Shown here: in pieces, positions 10,957-21,333 of the stretch
How positions within the stretch are numbered: position 1 is the first letter of the stretch
Layout of the letters: each line of letters starts with the position of its first letter
From: an uncultured Actinomycetota bacterium
GTDB taxonomy: Bacteria > Actinomycetota > Actinomycetes > JAHEKZ01
Direction: 5' to 3'
DNA length: 64,000 nucleotides
Assembly (NCBI GenBank): GCA_963829525.1
Contig: CAWHIJ010000003.1
Span: forward strand, 1,152,001 to 1,216,000
Notes under the pieces: generated by a model
Told to the model about the DNA's origin: nothing
Seen by the model: the letters and a program-made list of their open reading frames with translations, nothing else
The model's database searches: none
Made by a program: the position numbers and the translations under genes

Positions 10957-12180
10957 TTAGTCGGGCAGCGGGCTTGCAGAATCGGTGAGAGCTGCAACGC
11001 TCACTTCACGGTCGGAAAGGATCAGCTTCTTGATCGCGTCGGTGACGTCCCACGTGTTGACGTTCATTCCGGCCCGCACCTTGCCCTTGTCCAGCCAGAA
11101 CGCGATGAACTCCCCGCTCGCAGGGTCACCTCGAAAGGCGACCTGGTCGTATCCATCCGGCTCAACGTAGCCGGTGTACTCCATGCCGAGGTCGTACTGG
11201 TCAGTGAAGAAGTACGGAAGGCGGTCATACACCACCCCTTCATTCAGCATCGACCGAGCGGCCACTGGTCCCTGGTGGAGGGCATTAGCCCAGTGCTCAA
11301 CTCGGAGGTTCCGACCCAGAACGGGATGGTAGGCGTTGGCGACGTCGCCGGCTGCATAGATGTGGGGGTCCGAGGTTTGAAGATGGCCGTTGACGTCGAT
11401 ACCGTTCTCCACGCTCAATCCAGCCTCGCGAGCAAGCCCGTCGTTTGGGGTGATGCCAACTCCAACGATCACAATGTCGGCCGGAATGACTGTGCTGTCG
11501 CCGAGCCGAACACCGGTCACCCGTCCGTCGGAACCGACCAACTCTTGGACGCTCACGCCGGTACGCAGGTCCACGCCGTTACGGCGGTGCAGATCGGCGA
11601 ACACCTGCGCCACTTCGCGGCCAAGGACCCGGAGCAGCGGAAGCTCCCCTGCCTCCAGAATTGTCGTGCCCAGCCCAGCGGCGCGCGCGGCGGCAGCGGT
11701 CTCCAGGCCGATCCAGCCACCCCCGATGACCACGACGCTGGATCCATCTGCGAACGCAGAGCGCAGGCGTTGACTATCTTCCAGCCGCCGGAGGTAATGG
11801 ACCCCGTCGAGGTCGGTGCCGGGGATCGGCAATCGACGCGGAGTGGAACCGGTGGCAAGCAGCAACTTGTCGAAACCGAGTCGATCCGCGCCGGCGAGCA
11901 CGACCTCTCGCGTTCCGCGGTCGAGGGAGGTGGCTGCCGTGCCCAACCGTAGGTCGACATCATGGACGCCATACCAATCGGCCGGGTGAACGAAGACCTT
12001 CTCCCTCTCTAGGGTGCCCTGGAGGAATCCCTTGGAGAGCGGCGGACGCTCGTATGGTCGGTCTGTCTCATCACCCAACAACACCACTTGGCCGCCGAAC
12101 CCCTCCTCGCGCAACGTTTCAGCCGCCTTGGCCCCGGCCAGCCCAGCTCCGACTATGACGAATCGCTCGTTAGGGGTCAT
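10957..12180 (-). CDS. FAD-dependent ferredoxin reductase-like oxidoreductase
   Basis: IVGAGLAG, PYERPPLSK, IGGGWIGLE, YAAGDVA, PYFFTDQY. Confidence 0.92.
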   Translation of the reverse strand: MTPNERFVIVGAGLAGAKAAETLREEGFGGQVVLLGDETDRPYERPPLSKGFLQGTLEREKVFVHPADWYGVHDVDLRLGTAATSLDRGTREVVLAGADRLGFDKLLLATGSTPRRLPIPGTDLDGVHYLRRLEDSQRLRSAFADGSSVVVIGGGWIGLETAAAARAAGLGTTILEAGELPLLRVLGREVAQVFADLHRRNGVDLRTGVSVQELVGSDGRVTGVRLGDSTVIPADIVIVGVGITPNDGLAREAGLSVENGIDVNGHLQTSDPHIYAAGDVANAYHPVLGRNLRVEHWANALHQGPVAARSMLNEGVVYDRLPYFFTDQYDLGMEYTGYVEPDGYDQVAFRGDPASGEFIAFWLDKGKVRAGMNVNTWDVTDAIKKLILSDREVSVAALTDSASPLPD

Positions 12181-12467
12181 GGGGACAGTCTCACTCAGCG
12201 TCTGTTGATTGGGAACATCCAGCCCGCGAACCATGTTCTGCCGACCGTGCCTCAGCCGAGGGAAATTGGCGGCGAGTTGGAAGTGTGCGCGTCCTGGTCC
12301 GTGGGTAGCAACTGGATGGTTACAGGCAGCCGCTGCGAGGCCAGGAGGTCCCCATGTCAGACAGGAAACCACTGCGTGTCATTCCGATTCGTTCGCCGCG
12401 CCCCCCGTCCGGGGAGGCCACGCGGCGCGGCCTTGGAGTTGACGCCACAGAACGACACAACAGCAGG

Positions 12468-12917
12468 GTGAGCTCGGAGCAGATGGGGACCTCGATTCAG
12501 TCGGCGACGGCCATCATCGCCGTTGCCTTCCTCGGAGTTGGAATCTTCGGCTTCATCCCTGGACTCGTCACTGACTTTGACGGCATGACCTTCGCAGGGC
12601 ACGATTCGAGAGCACACCTCTTCGGCCTCTTTGAGGTATCAGCGCTCCACAACATCATGCATCTGCTGTTCGGCGCTGTGGGCCTCATCTCCGTCCGCAC
12701 CTGGAGCACTGCTCGCGCATTCCTCGTCGCAGGCGGCCTGGTCTACCTGGTGTTTTGGATCTACGGGTTGCTCGTGTATGGCGGCGGCGCCGCGAACTTC
12801 ATCTCGTTCAACAGGGCGGACAACTGGCTCCACCTGGGCCTCGGTCTCGGGATGCTGGCTTTGGGAATTCTGCTAGATCGAGACCGAGGAAGGCTCGCGC
12901 TGGCAGCGGCACCATGA
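12468..12917 (+). CDS. DUF4383-like membrane protein
   Basis: GFIPG, LFGLFEVSALHN, NRADNWLH; 4 TM; start uncertain. Confidence 0.8.
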   Translation: MSSEQMGTSIQSATAIIAVAFLGVGIFGFIPGLVTDFDGMTFAGHDSRAHLFGLFEVSALHNIMHLLFGAVGLISVRTWSTARAFLVAGGLVYLVFWIYGLLVYGGGAANFISFNRADNWLHLGLGLGMLALGILLDRDRGRLALAAAP

Positions 12918-13087
12918 GTCGCTGATGGCCCTCGGTGTCGTGACGAAGCTTCGCACCGAACCTGAAGATGGCCGGGGGCTGACTTGCTCGGGTGGGCGGC
13001 GTATCCTGAAGGCGGGTATGGACACATACCTGTTTGGCCTCCGGTACACCCATATGCCGCTCATCACGATGCACTGTGGAGTACGCG

Positions 13088-13489
13088 ATGAAGATCGAAA
13101 AGAACACCCATTGGCTTCGCTTTGAACTTTGCGGCGAAATCGACCTCGCCTGGTGTGAGAGTCATTCCGCGGAGATCGAGCTAGCTCTCGAAGACTGCCC
13201 TGCGCTGGTGGTTTTTGACGTCGAGCGTGTCAACTTTATCGACAGCACGGGATTGTCACTGCTGGTCCAGGCGTATCACGCGTGCCAACGACAGGACGGT
13301 GAAGTATGTGTCCTTCATCCCCAGCCGATCGTGGCGCGCGTCCTGGGCGCCGCCGGGCTCGATCAGCTCGTGACCGTGGTCTCCACGTGTGAGGAGGCAA
13401 GGGGAATCCACGAGCGGATGGCTGGACTCGATCTGGTGGACACGTCGACTCGAGTGCGCTCAGAAGTGGCTGATCCTTCCGGCGCCTGA
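13088..13489 (+). CDS. STAS domain anti-sigma factor antagonist
   Basis: GEIDLA, VNFIDSTGLSLL phosphorylatable Ser motif. Confidence 0.85.
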   Translation: MKIEKNTHWLRFELCGEIDLAWCESHSAEIELALEDCPALVVFDVERVNFIDSTGLSLLVQAYHACQRQDGEVCVLHPQPIVARVLGAAGLDQLVTVVSTCEEARGIHERMAGLDLVDTSTRVRSEVADPSGA

Positions 13490-13571
13490 CAATCCGAGGC
13501 AGGCTGATCGGATACGGATCAGAGGGTTGACGTTCGCCACGCTGCCAGGCGGGCCCTCTCTACATTGAGTC

Positions 13572-14492
13572 ATGGCTCCCTCAGCGACCAAGCCCGGCCC
13601 GATCATTGAGCCGATGCTCGCCTCTCGTCCGCGAGCGGGTCTGACCACGGACCAGGTGATCGGGGCCCTGGACGATGGTTGGATCTTCGAGCCGAAGTTG
13701 GATGGCTTTCGATGCCTTGTGCACGTGGTTGACGGCACCGCAGTTCTTCGTTCGCGGACCGGCAACGACATCACTTCGAGATTCTCCGCCACGCCCCTGC
13801 CGGCAAGCATCGGATCAGGAATTCTCGATTCTGCAGTGATCGATGGAGAGCTCATCGCCGTTGATGAGAGGGGGCAACCTTCGTTCAATCGTGTCCAGCG
13901 AATCAGTGGTCGGCCCCAAGATCCGATCGCCATCTTTGTGGCGTTCGACCTGCTCTATCACCCGGAACTTCTCGACCTCAGGGATTCACCATGGACACGT
14001 CGACGATCACTACTCGAAGAACTCCAACCCACAGGTCTCACCCTGACGCCGTACTCCGCCTCGGCCGATGCCATGTGGAAAGCCGTCGTGGCCCAAGACC
14101 TGGAAGGAGCGATAGCCAAACGCAAGGATTCCCGTTACCGGCCCGGGCGCACCGGAGACTGGATCAAGGTGAAGCGATATCGCTCGCTCTCTGCGGTGGT
14201 AACAGCCTTCAATGCAGGTGAAGGCTCACGGAGTGACAATTTCGGCTCACTCGCATTGGCACTCTTCGATTCTTCCGGAGACCTCGTTCCGATCGGGGAC
14301 GTTGGGACCGGGTTCACTCAAGCTGATCTTGTAGCGGTCAGCAGACTCGACCCACCGTTCGTCATCGAGGTGCGATTTCAGGAGTGGACTGGGACCGCGC
14401 TGAGGATGCCGGTCTTCCAGGGCGTGCGCCATGACGTGCCCATCGCGGAGTGCACCTTTGTGAGGCAGCTCCCCGAGGGTGATACCAGTTGA
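13572..14492 (+). CDS. ATP-dependent DNA ligase (LigD ligase-domain type)
   Basis: EPKLDGFR adenylation motif, DGEL, AFDLL, EGAIAK, WIKVK, OB fold. Confidence 0.92.
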   Translation: MAPSATKPGPIIEPMLASRPRAGLTTDQVIGALDDGWIFEPKLDGFRCLVHVVDGTAVLRSRTGNDITSRFSATPLPASIGSGILDSAVIDGELIAVDERGQPSFNRVQRISGRPQDPIAIFVAFDLLYHPELLDLRDSPWTRRRSLLEELQPTGLTLTPYSASADAMWKAVVAQDLEGAIAKRKDSRYRPGRTGDWIKVKRYRSLSAVVTAFNAGEGSRSDNFGSLALALFDSSGDLVPIGDVGTGFTQADLVAVSRLDPPFVIEVRFQEWTGTALRMPVFQGVRHDVPIAECTFVRQLPEGDTS

Positions 14493-14655
14493 GCCGTCGG
14501 AGCCGCAGACACGACCTGCTGGGCGTTGTAGGGGTCTCGGTGACGCGGGCCATGCTGGCTCGCGAGAGCTCGGCGTTGGTTGCGAAGTGTTGCCACCGTC
14601 AAGGTCGCGAGAAGGGCTGCTTGCATTGAATGGCCCATGGCGTCGGTGAGCGATG

Positions 14656-14707
14656 GGCACGGTACGGCCGGACCCCCCAACCGAGGATGGTCCGGCCGTA
14701 CCGTGCC
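14656..14707 (-). terminator. 19-bp stem hairpin after phosphodiesterase gene
   Basis: GGCACGGTACGGCCGGACC...GGTCCGGCCGTACCGTGCC. Confidence 0.75.
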
Positions 14708-14718
14708 AATGGCGTGAA

Positions 14719-16415
14719 CTAGCTGAGGGGGCGTGCCTGTCCGTCAGTCATGTAGGTCTGCTCTATCCCCAGCACTTTCAGGATGGTGGGCATCACGTCC
14801 GGTGTCCGGAAGGTCGTGGACGTGTCGTTGGCGTAGAGACCGTCGGCTGACCAGAACACCATCGGAACCCGCTGGTTCGACTCCTGGTAGCCACCGTGGT
14901 CGCCGTAGGCCCCATAGCTGACCTTGTCGCGCAGCAGTGCGACGAGGTCGGGTCCGTTGTCGTCGGCCATGGTGTTGACGATCGCCTGCGCCTTGTTCTT
15001 GAACCACTGCCGCTGGTTGGACGGTATGGGGTTCTTCTTGTAGAGCGAGTACTTGCCCCCGTTCTTCCAGTACGTGGCGATCACGCCTGGCAGCGTGGTC
15101 ATCACCTTGAGCGCCTCGGTGCGCTTGGGCTGGGAGGCGTTCTTCAGCCAGGTCTGGATCGAGGTGGACTGGTAGGAGAACGGCCACGTTGCCGGTGTCG
15201 ATCAGCGGCTTGAGCGCGGGCGACGGGTTGTTGTACTGGCTCGGGAGCGAGTCCGGTCCGTAGTACCAGTTGGTGTCGCTAGTCGCGCTCCCCGATGCGG
15301 TCTTGCCGTAGAACTCCTCGCCCCAGGTCGCACCGTGGTCTGCGGTGAGCACCACCAAGGTGTCGTCGAGCTGTCCGAGCTCTTCGAGCTTGGCGAGCAT
15401 GCGACCGAGCTGGGCGTCGGCGTTCTCGGCGGCGTACTGCACGTGCGTCTGGTAGTCGGGGGAACCGGTAACCGACTGTCGGTCGTTCTGAGCGCCCCAC
15501 ATGTGGCCGGCCTTGTCGATGCCGCCCATGGTGACGAACATGCCGGACCAGTCCTCGTTCGCCATCATGTCCATGGCAGCGTCGGCGACCCAGGTGTCTC
15601 CGCCGAGGTGGGCGTTGTCCGTCCCGGGCACGAAGCGGTTGCCGTCGAGCGGGTAGATCCAGGACGGGAACGCTTCGCTGGTGCCGTAGGTGTTGCCGGA
15701 GTTCACCCAGTACCGGCCGCAGAACGGCTGATTGATGTACGACGGCACGTTAACGCCGTACGGGGCCACGGTAACGACCACCGAGGCTGTCGAAGCAAGC
15801 CTGCTCGGCAGGCTGGGTGTCGGGCGGACGCGTGCTGCTGGTTCGGCTGCCGAACCGCACCGCGATGTCGGCATCTGAGGTGTCCCATGCTGATTTCGCT
15901 GCTGCCGACTCGACCGCGTAGGACTTCTGGCCGACGACGATGAACTTCTTGCCCGGCTGCGCTGCCTGCAGGTAGTCGGCGAGCTTCGGATAGCCCTTGT
16001 CCTGGATCAGGGTTCCGAACTGGTCGTAGGTCAGCTCGCCGGTGACGTACATCTGGTCGGGGTTCGACCCGAGCAAGGTGTCGCGGTCGCGGTACGCCTC
16101 GTCGACCCAGCCCATGTTGCGTGGGCTCTGACCGGACATCAGCACGTTGTGCGCCATGACGGTCTCAGACCCCATGTAGCCGAGGTAGGCCTGGTTGAAG
16201 TTGGTGCCGGAGTCGCGAAGTGAACGGAAGTTCGGCATGTTGAAGCGGTCTGCGTACTGCGGAAGCATCTGGTCGAAGAGCACGACTAGCACCTTGGTGG
16301 GCGGACTCGTGTCCACCGGGTCGGCACTGGCGCTCGTCGTGGAGGCGACCGCTCCTGCGACGAGTGCTGAGGACAGGGTGAGGGCGACCCAGTGGGTGCG
16401 CCGCGATCCGATCAT
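14719..16415 (-). CDS. Secreted alkaline phosphatase superfamily protein (nucleotide pyrophosphatase-like); +1 frameshifts near 15763 and 15183
   Basis: Signal peptide, VVLFDQ, IDKAGH, LTADHG, GDHGG across three frames. Confidence 0.82.
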
Positions 16416-16620
16416 GGAGTTGCCTCTCGGGAGGGGGTGGCTGGAGTATTTACTTGCTATGACGCAGGTCACAAGACGCATGCCATATCGCGAAAAGTGA
16501 TTCGGATGAGTGGCGGGTATCAATGTGGACGAACCGGCGCATTGCCGACCGGGAGCGTCTTTGTAAAGCGGTGGACACAAGGTCGCCAATGAACCCGGTG
16601 ATCTCGCTACGCGGGCCTGG

Positions 16621-18246
16621 TCACGCCGGAAGAGCCAAGTTCCTGCGCCGTAGTGCGAGGACCCCTGCCATTGCAAGCAGCACACACACCAGGCCCAGGC
16701 CGAGAATCGCTGCGACGCTGACAGCGGCAGCCGGTGCGTTTGGCACATGAGTGAAGGGCGTCAGGTCCATCAGCCATGTCGGCAGCCGTAGCGATGGGCC
16801 GAACATCGGACCCACGAAGATTGAGAACACGAACATTGCCCATGACACGCCGACCGACCATCGCGGCAGGAGCATGACCACCGCCACCACTACGGCGCCC
16901 AGCACGCCGATGGCGGGCAGTTGAACCAGCGCGGCTCCGATGAGCTCGGGCAGCAACGATGCGGTGCCGCCAAGCGCCTGACCGCCGGTGAGTGCCATCG
17001 CCATTGCAAAAACCATCATGAGCAACAGCGCGCCCACGAAGGCGTTGATGGCGTACGCGCTCAGCCAGCGAAGTCTGGAGACCGCGGTACCGAGCAACGG
17101 TTCCAGCGTGCCCTGCGCCTCGTCGTGGTACAGCCGGAGCAGGAGCGTGACCACGTAGGCCGCCACCGCCATCCCGGCCATCTGCATCATCGAGGCCCAA
17201 TAGGCGCCGATCAGGTCGGCGTCACCACCGAAGGCGGAGTACCACTCCGTTGCTGCTCCTTTGAGACCGCCGATTTGGTCGCTCAGCGCGCCGAAGACCA
17301 GGCCGAAGCCGAGCAGGCCGATGGCCCAGCCCTCGAGGGCTCCGCGCTGTAGCCGCCAGACAAGACCTGTGGGGCTCAGCAGGGCTGGGCTTGCGTGTGC
17401 GGCCCCTCTGCGCTCCGGCCACATTCCTCGACCTACGTCGCGCCGTCCATCGAGGACGACGGCGAGCCAAAACAGCAAAGCAGTTCCCAACAGTGGGAGA
17501 ACGAGCGGCCACCACAGGTTGTCTGCAAATGGTCGCATCTGCTGGCCCCAGCCGATCGGTGACAGCCAAACCGGCCAGGCGCTGCTGACCCGCAGGGCGG
17601 CGGAGTCCACGGTCCCGAGCATGTTCCCGAGCGCTGCCACCATGAAGGAGAGGCCGAGAACTGCACCCGCGAGCCCGGTCGCTCCGCGTGTCGTGGAAGC
17701 CAGCTGCGACGTCACCGCGGCAACGCCGGTGAAGGCGACGCCCACCAGCGCGATCGATGCACCAGCAGCCAGGGACCCCGTCGTGGGCTGTCCCGCCGCT
17801 ACCATCGCGAGCCCCAGCATGAGCGCCAGCACCACGTTCGCTGCAAGTGCGACAATCACGGCCGCGGCCAGGGACGCGTAGCGCCCGACCACGCCGGCAC
17901 CCAACATCTCCGCCCGACCAAGTTCCTCAGCCTGACGGGTGTGCCGGACCACTGCGAGGACGCTCATCAAAGCTGCAAGAACTGCAAGGGTTAGGGCGTC
18001 GCGGTGCAAGGTGTAGCCCCCGACGGACTGGCCCGTCACCAGACCGAGCACCCGCATACCGGGGTTCTCCACGACAATCCGGGTGTCTGGCCCCAGAAGC
18101 ATCGGGTTCTTTCCGTAGTTGTCTTCAAACATCGCCGTGGTCGCAGCCAGGAAGCCGGCCATGCCAAGGATCCATGCGGTCAGCGTGACTCGGTCGCGCC
18201 GAAGCGCGAGGCGGATCAGCCGCATCGTCCCGACGAAGCCGGTCAC
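16621..18246 (-). CDS. ABC-2 exporter permease (tetronasin-resistance TnrB3-like)
   Basis: [32 protein letters not shown]; about 12 TM. Confidence 0.88.
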   Translation of the reverse strand: MTGFVGTMRLIRLALRRDRVTLTAWILGMAGFLAATTAMFEDNYGKNPMLLGPDTRIVVENPGMRVLGLVTGQSVGGYTLHRDALTLAVLAALMSVLAVVRHTRQAEELGRAEMLGAGVVGRYASLAAAVIVALAANVVLALMLGLAMVAAGQPTTGSLAAGASIALVGVAFTGVAAVTSQLASTTRGATGLAGAVLGLSFMVAALGNMLGTVDSAALRVSSAWPVWLSPIGWGQQMRPFADNLWWPLVLPLLGTALLFWLAVVLDGRRDVGRGMWPERRGAAHASPALLSPTGLVWRLQRGALEGWAIGLLGFGLVFGALSDQIGGLKGAATEWYSAFGGDADLIGAYWASMMQMAGMAVAAYVVTLLLRLYHDEAQGTLEPLLGTAVSRLRWLSAYAINAFVGALLLMMVFAMAMALTGGQALGGTASLLPELIGAALVQLPAIGVLGAVVVAVVMLLPRWSVGVSWAMFVFSIFVGPMFGPSLRLPTWLMDLTPFTHVPNAPAAAVSVAAILGLGLVCVLLAMAGVLALRRRNLALPA

Positions 18247-19175
18247 CGAGACGTCACCCCCTCGGCTTGCGCATCGGCATCCATCGCGGCGATCTCCTCG
18301 CCGTAGTGCCGAAGGAACAGCTCCTCGAGCGTGGGTGGCGAGGTGACAAGGGACCGCACCTCGAGGTCGACAAGGTGCTGGAGCACCTGGTTGAGCTCGC
18401 CGGGGTCCACACTGAACTCGGCATGGTCGTCCTCCACATGGCTGTCGTGGACGCCGGGCCACTGCCCCACCGACTCCAACGGTCTGGAGGTATCAACTGC
18501 CACCGAGGTGCGAGTGAGGTGACGCAACTCGTCGAACGTGCCGCTCTCAGCCGCACGACCCGCCCGGATAATCGTGACTCGATCGCACAGCGCCTCCACC
18601 TCGGACAGAATGTGGCTGGAGAGCAGGATGCTTCGCCCAGCGGCGCGCAGCTCCTTGACGACGTCTTGGAAGACCGCCTCCATCAGCGGGTCCAACCCCG
18701 AAGTGGGCTCGTCCAGCAGGTAGAGCTCTACGTCGGAACAGAACGCGGCCACCAACGCGACCTTTTGTCGGTTGCCCTTGGAGTACGCGCGAGTCTTCTT
18801 CGTGGGGTCCAGTTGGAAGCGCTCAAGCAACTCTTCCCGGCGATTCGGGTCGAGCCCCCCTCGCAAGTCGCCGAGCAGGTCGATGACCTCGCCGCCCGTG
18901 AGGTTGGGCCAGAGGTTCACCTCGCCGGGCACGTAGGCCAGGCGCCGGTGTAGGGCGACCGCGTCACGCCACGGGTCGCCATCGAGGAGGGCAACATTGC
19001 CGTCGTCGGCCCTGAGCATCCCGAGCAGGACGCGGATCGTGGTGGTCTTCCCGGCCCCGTTCGGCCCAAGGAAGCCGTGCACCTCACCGGTCTCTACATG
19101 CAAGTCGAGATGATTCAGAGCCCTGGTCCCGGCCCCGAAGTCCTTCACCAGCCCGGAGACCGCTATGGCAGTCAT
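18243..19175 (-). CDS. ABC transporter ATP-binding protein
   Basis: [29 protein letters not shown]. Confidence 0.95.
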   Translation of the reverse strand: MTAIAVSGLVKDFGAGTRALNHLDLHVETGEVHGFLGPNGAGKTTTIRVLLGMLRADDGNVALLDGDPWRDAVALHRRLAYVPGEVNLWPNLTGGEVIDLLGDLRGGLDPNRREELLERFQLDPTKKTRAYSKGNRQKVALVAAFCSDVELYLLDEPTSGLDPLMEAVFQDVVKELRAAGRSILLSSHILSEVEALCDRVTIIRAGRAAESGTFDELRHLTRTSVAVDTSRPLESVGQWPGVHDSHVEDDHAEFSVDPGELNQVLQHLVDLEVRSLVTSPPTLEELFLRHYGEEIAAMDADAQAEGVTSR

Positions 19176-19418
19176 CTGACCACTTCCTTCGAAGTGTGGG
19201 TTCCGTTGGCGCTCAGCCGCCTGTAACCAACCCATCACAGCCGGGCCAAAACGGTCAGGGCCGAAGGCCACCAATAGCGCGCCATACGTCTTTCACAGTC
19301 GTGGGCGCTGGACCGGCGTCGCTTCGCCGTGGCAAGGGAGGAGTGCGGAGAGTTTGCCACCGTGGGCGTTGCAAAGTCTCCGCAGACCATCCCTCAGGTC
19401 GGTCCCGTATCAGGTCAG

Positions 19419-19444
19419 GTTTGGCGAAGTGGTTCTTGAGGTAA
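19419..19444 (+). promoter_or_regulatory. SigF/SigB-type promoter (imperfect -10)
   Basis: GTTT-N16-AGGTAA. Confidence 0.5.
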
Positions 19445-19486
19445 CAAACCAGTGGAGAGGAGCTCTCATCGGCAAGAGGCGGAACA

Positions 19487-19615
19487 GTGGAGCGCGAGCA
19501 GAGCGGATTTTCAGTACGACCCCTTGGCGGTGGCGTCGGCTGCCTCGCGATGGTCCTGATATCGGTTGTGGCGTCCATCCTGCTCACAGTTGTCGCGAAT
19601 CTGCTGATGCGATAA
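19487..19615 (+). CDS. Small single-TM protein, 42 aa, not in ORF track
   Basis: MEREQSGFSVRPLGGGVGCLAMVLISVVASILLTVVANLLMR; AGAGG RBS; stops 4 nt before yihY-family gene. Confidence 0.7.
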   Translation: MEREQSGFSVRPLGGGVGCLAMVLISVVASILLTVVANLLMR

Positions 19616-19619
19616 CGAC

Positions 19620-20582
19620 ATGCTCGAGATCTCTCACCCCCACCCAGACGATGCGCGAAAGCCTAGTAATCCTGCAAAGTTGACCTGGCGTTCGTGGCTG
19701 GGGGTTCTACGCCGGACATTCACCGAGTTTCGGGACGACGACTGTACGGACTGGGCTGCCGCGCTGACTTACTACGGAGTCTTGTCACTGTTCCCCGCGA
19801 TCCTTGCGATGATCTCGCTTGTCAGCCTCGTTGGTGATCCGCAAACGACCACCGAAGCTTTGATCCACATTGCCAATGACCTCGGTCCGCAAAGTGCTGT
19901 CGATACGTTCGCAGAGCCGGTGCGTCAAGTGGCGCAAGCGGGTAGGGCGTCAGGGTTCATGTTCGTTGCTGGCCTCCTCGGAGCCTTGTGGGCGGCGTCC
20001 GGATACGTTGGCGCCTTCGGTCGATCCATGAACGCCATTTACGAGGTGCAGGAAGGCCGCCCGTTTTGGAAACTGCGACCCCTGCAAGTGGCGCTCACAC
20101 TGATCTGCGTGATGCTCGCTGCGTTAGTGACCGTCGGGTTGGTGATCACAGGTCCGCTCGCGAAGGCTGTGGGCGACAGCATCGGCCTTGGAGATGTTGC
20201 CCTGACGGCGTGGAACTTCGGGAAATGGCCAGTCATGTTGATTGTGGTCTGCATGATCTTGACGGCGCTCTTCTACGTGGCACCGAACGTTCGGCAGCCT
20301 CGCTGGATCTGGCTGTCACCGGGCACCATGCTCGCCCTTCTGGTCTGGGCGGTCCTGTCAGCGGCATTCACTTTCTATGTAGCCAACTTCGGCTCGTACA
20401 ACGCGACCTTCGGCTCATTGGGTGCGATTGTCGTGTTTCTGGTCTGGTTGTGGCTGAGCAATTGCGCGATCTTGCTGGGAGCTGAGTTGAACGCGGAACT
20501 GGAGCGCGGACGCGAAATTCAGTCGGGGATGGTGGGTGCGGAGGAGTCGATACAGCTACCGCCGAGGACCCCCCATGACTAG
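19620..20582 (+). CDS. YihY/BrkB family membrane protein
   Basis: AAALTYYGVLSLFP, LWAASG, YNATFGSLG, LLGAELNAE. Confidence 0.93.
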   Translation: MLEISHPHPDDARKPSNPAKLTWRSWLGVLRRTFTEFRDDDCTDWAAALTYYGVLSLFPAILAMISLVSLVGDPQTTTEALIHIANDLGPQSAVDTFAEPVRQVAQAGRASGFMFVAGLLGALWAASGYVGAFGRSMNAIYEVQEGRPFWKLRPLQVALTLICVMLAALVTVGLVITGPLAKAVGDSIGLGDVALTAWNFGKWPVMLIVVCMILTALFYVAPNVRQPRWIWLSPGTMLALLVWAVLSAAFTFYVANFGSYNATFGSLGAIVVFLVWLWLSNCAILLGAELNAELERGREIQSGMVGAEESIQLPPRTPHD

Positions 20583-20624
20583 CTTGCGCTCGGCATCTCA
20601 GATCCAGCTTGGGGGCCGCAATAG

Positions 20625-21329
20625 CTAAGTGCTGATTCCCAGGTCATCGACATGGTCCATGAGGTCTGCTGCATCTGCGTAGACGCGGAAGGCATGAGCC
20701 TCCAAGAGTTCGCTGCGGCTAAGGCCCCCGGACATGAGACCGATTCCCACGCAGCCGGCTCGGCGCGCGGCGAGCATGTCCCAGACGCTGTCGCCGAGAA
20801 TGAACGTGTTCTCACGAGGCTGCTGAAGGACTTCGACAGCTTCCAGGAACAGCTGAGGATTCGGTTTTGCCAGAGGCACCTCCTCGCTCGTCAGCAGGTG
20901 GATCTCAGCCACAGGCAACTTCAGGAGGTTCAACATGGGTAGTGCATCTGAACGACTTCCGCTCGTGGCGATAGCCCACGCATAGTCTTCGGTGGTGAGG
21001 TGTCGTAGCAGGTCCAGTGCTCCGGGCAGGGGAGCCACGGTCTCGAGGGCTTCGCCGTAATACGTGTCATGCAGATCGCATGCGGTCCGCGAATCGTCGT
21101 GGCTGACCTCGCAGCCGGACTCACGGGATATGGCTTCAACCAGCAGTTCACCACTTGTGCCGATAAGACGATGGAGCTGCCACACCGCAAAGGGGATACC
21201 CACCTCTGTCAGCGCCTTACGCCAAGCCATCACGTGTTGATAGACCGAATCGACGAGGGTGCCATCGAGGTCTAAGACAAACGCAGGACGCGAGGCGGCG
21301 TCACTCGCCCGCTCGGCCTCTTGAAGCAT
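20625..21329 (-). CDS. HAD family hydrolase
   Basis: DLDGTLVDS, ATS, KPNP, GDSVWD. Confidence 0.92.
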   Translation of the reverse strand: MLQEAERASDAASRPAFVLDLDGTLVDSVYQHVMAWRKALTEVGIPFAVWQLHRLIGTSGELLVEAISRESGCEVSHDDSRTACDLHDTYYGEALETVAPLPGALDLLRHLTTEDYAWAIATSGSRSDALPMLNLLKLPVAEIHLLTSEEVPLAKPNPQLFLEAVEVLQQPRENTFILGDSVWDMLAARRAGCVGIGLMSGGLSRSELLEAHAFRVYADAADLMDHVDDLGIST

Positions 21330-21333
21330 TGAC

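Noticed and set aside
10831-11952. Long alternative ORFs such as 10831-11952, 6300-7634, 32401-33873, 55408-56484 and 58684-59919
   Set aside because: They are antisense shadows of well-supported genes, expected in high-GC DNA, and carry no motifs.
13014-13019. GGGTAT hexamers at 13014 and near 16515 as SigF promoters
   Set aside because: No GTTT-like -35 at 15-17 bp spacing, and the second faces no plus-strand gene.
14378-14680. Minus-strand ORF between ligase and phosphodiesterase
   Set aside because: It overlaps the ligase 3' end and the terminator hairpin, with no RBS or recognisable motif.
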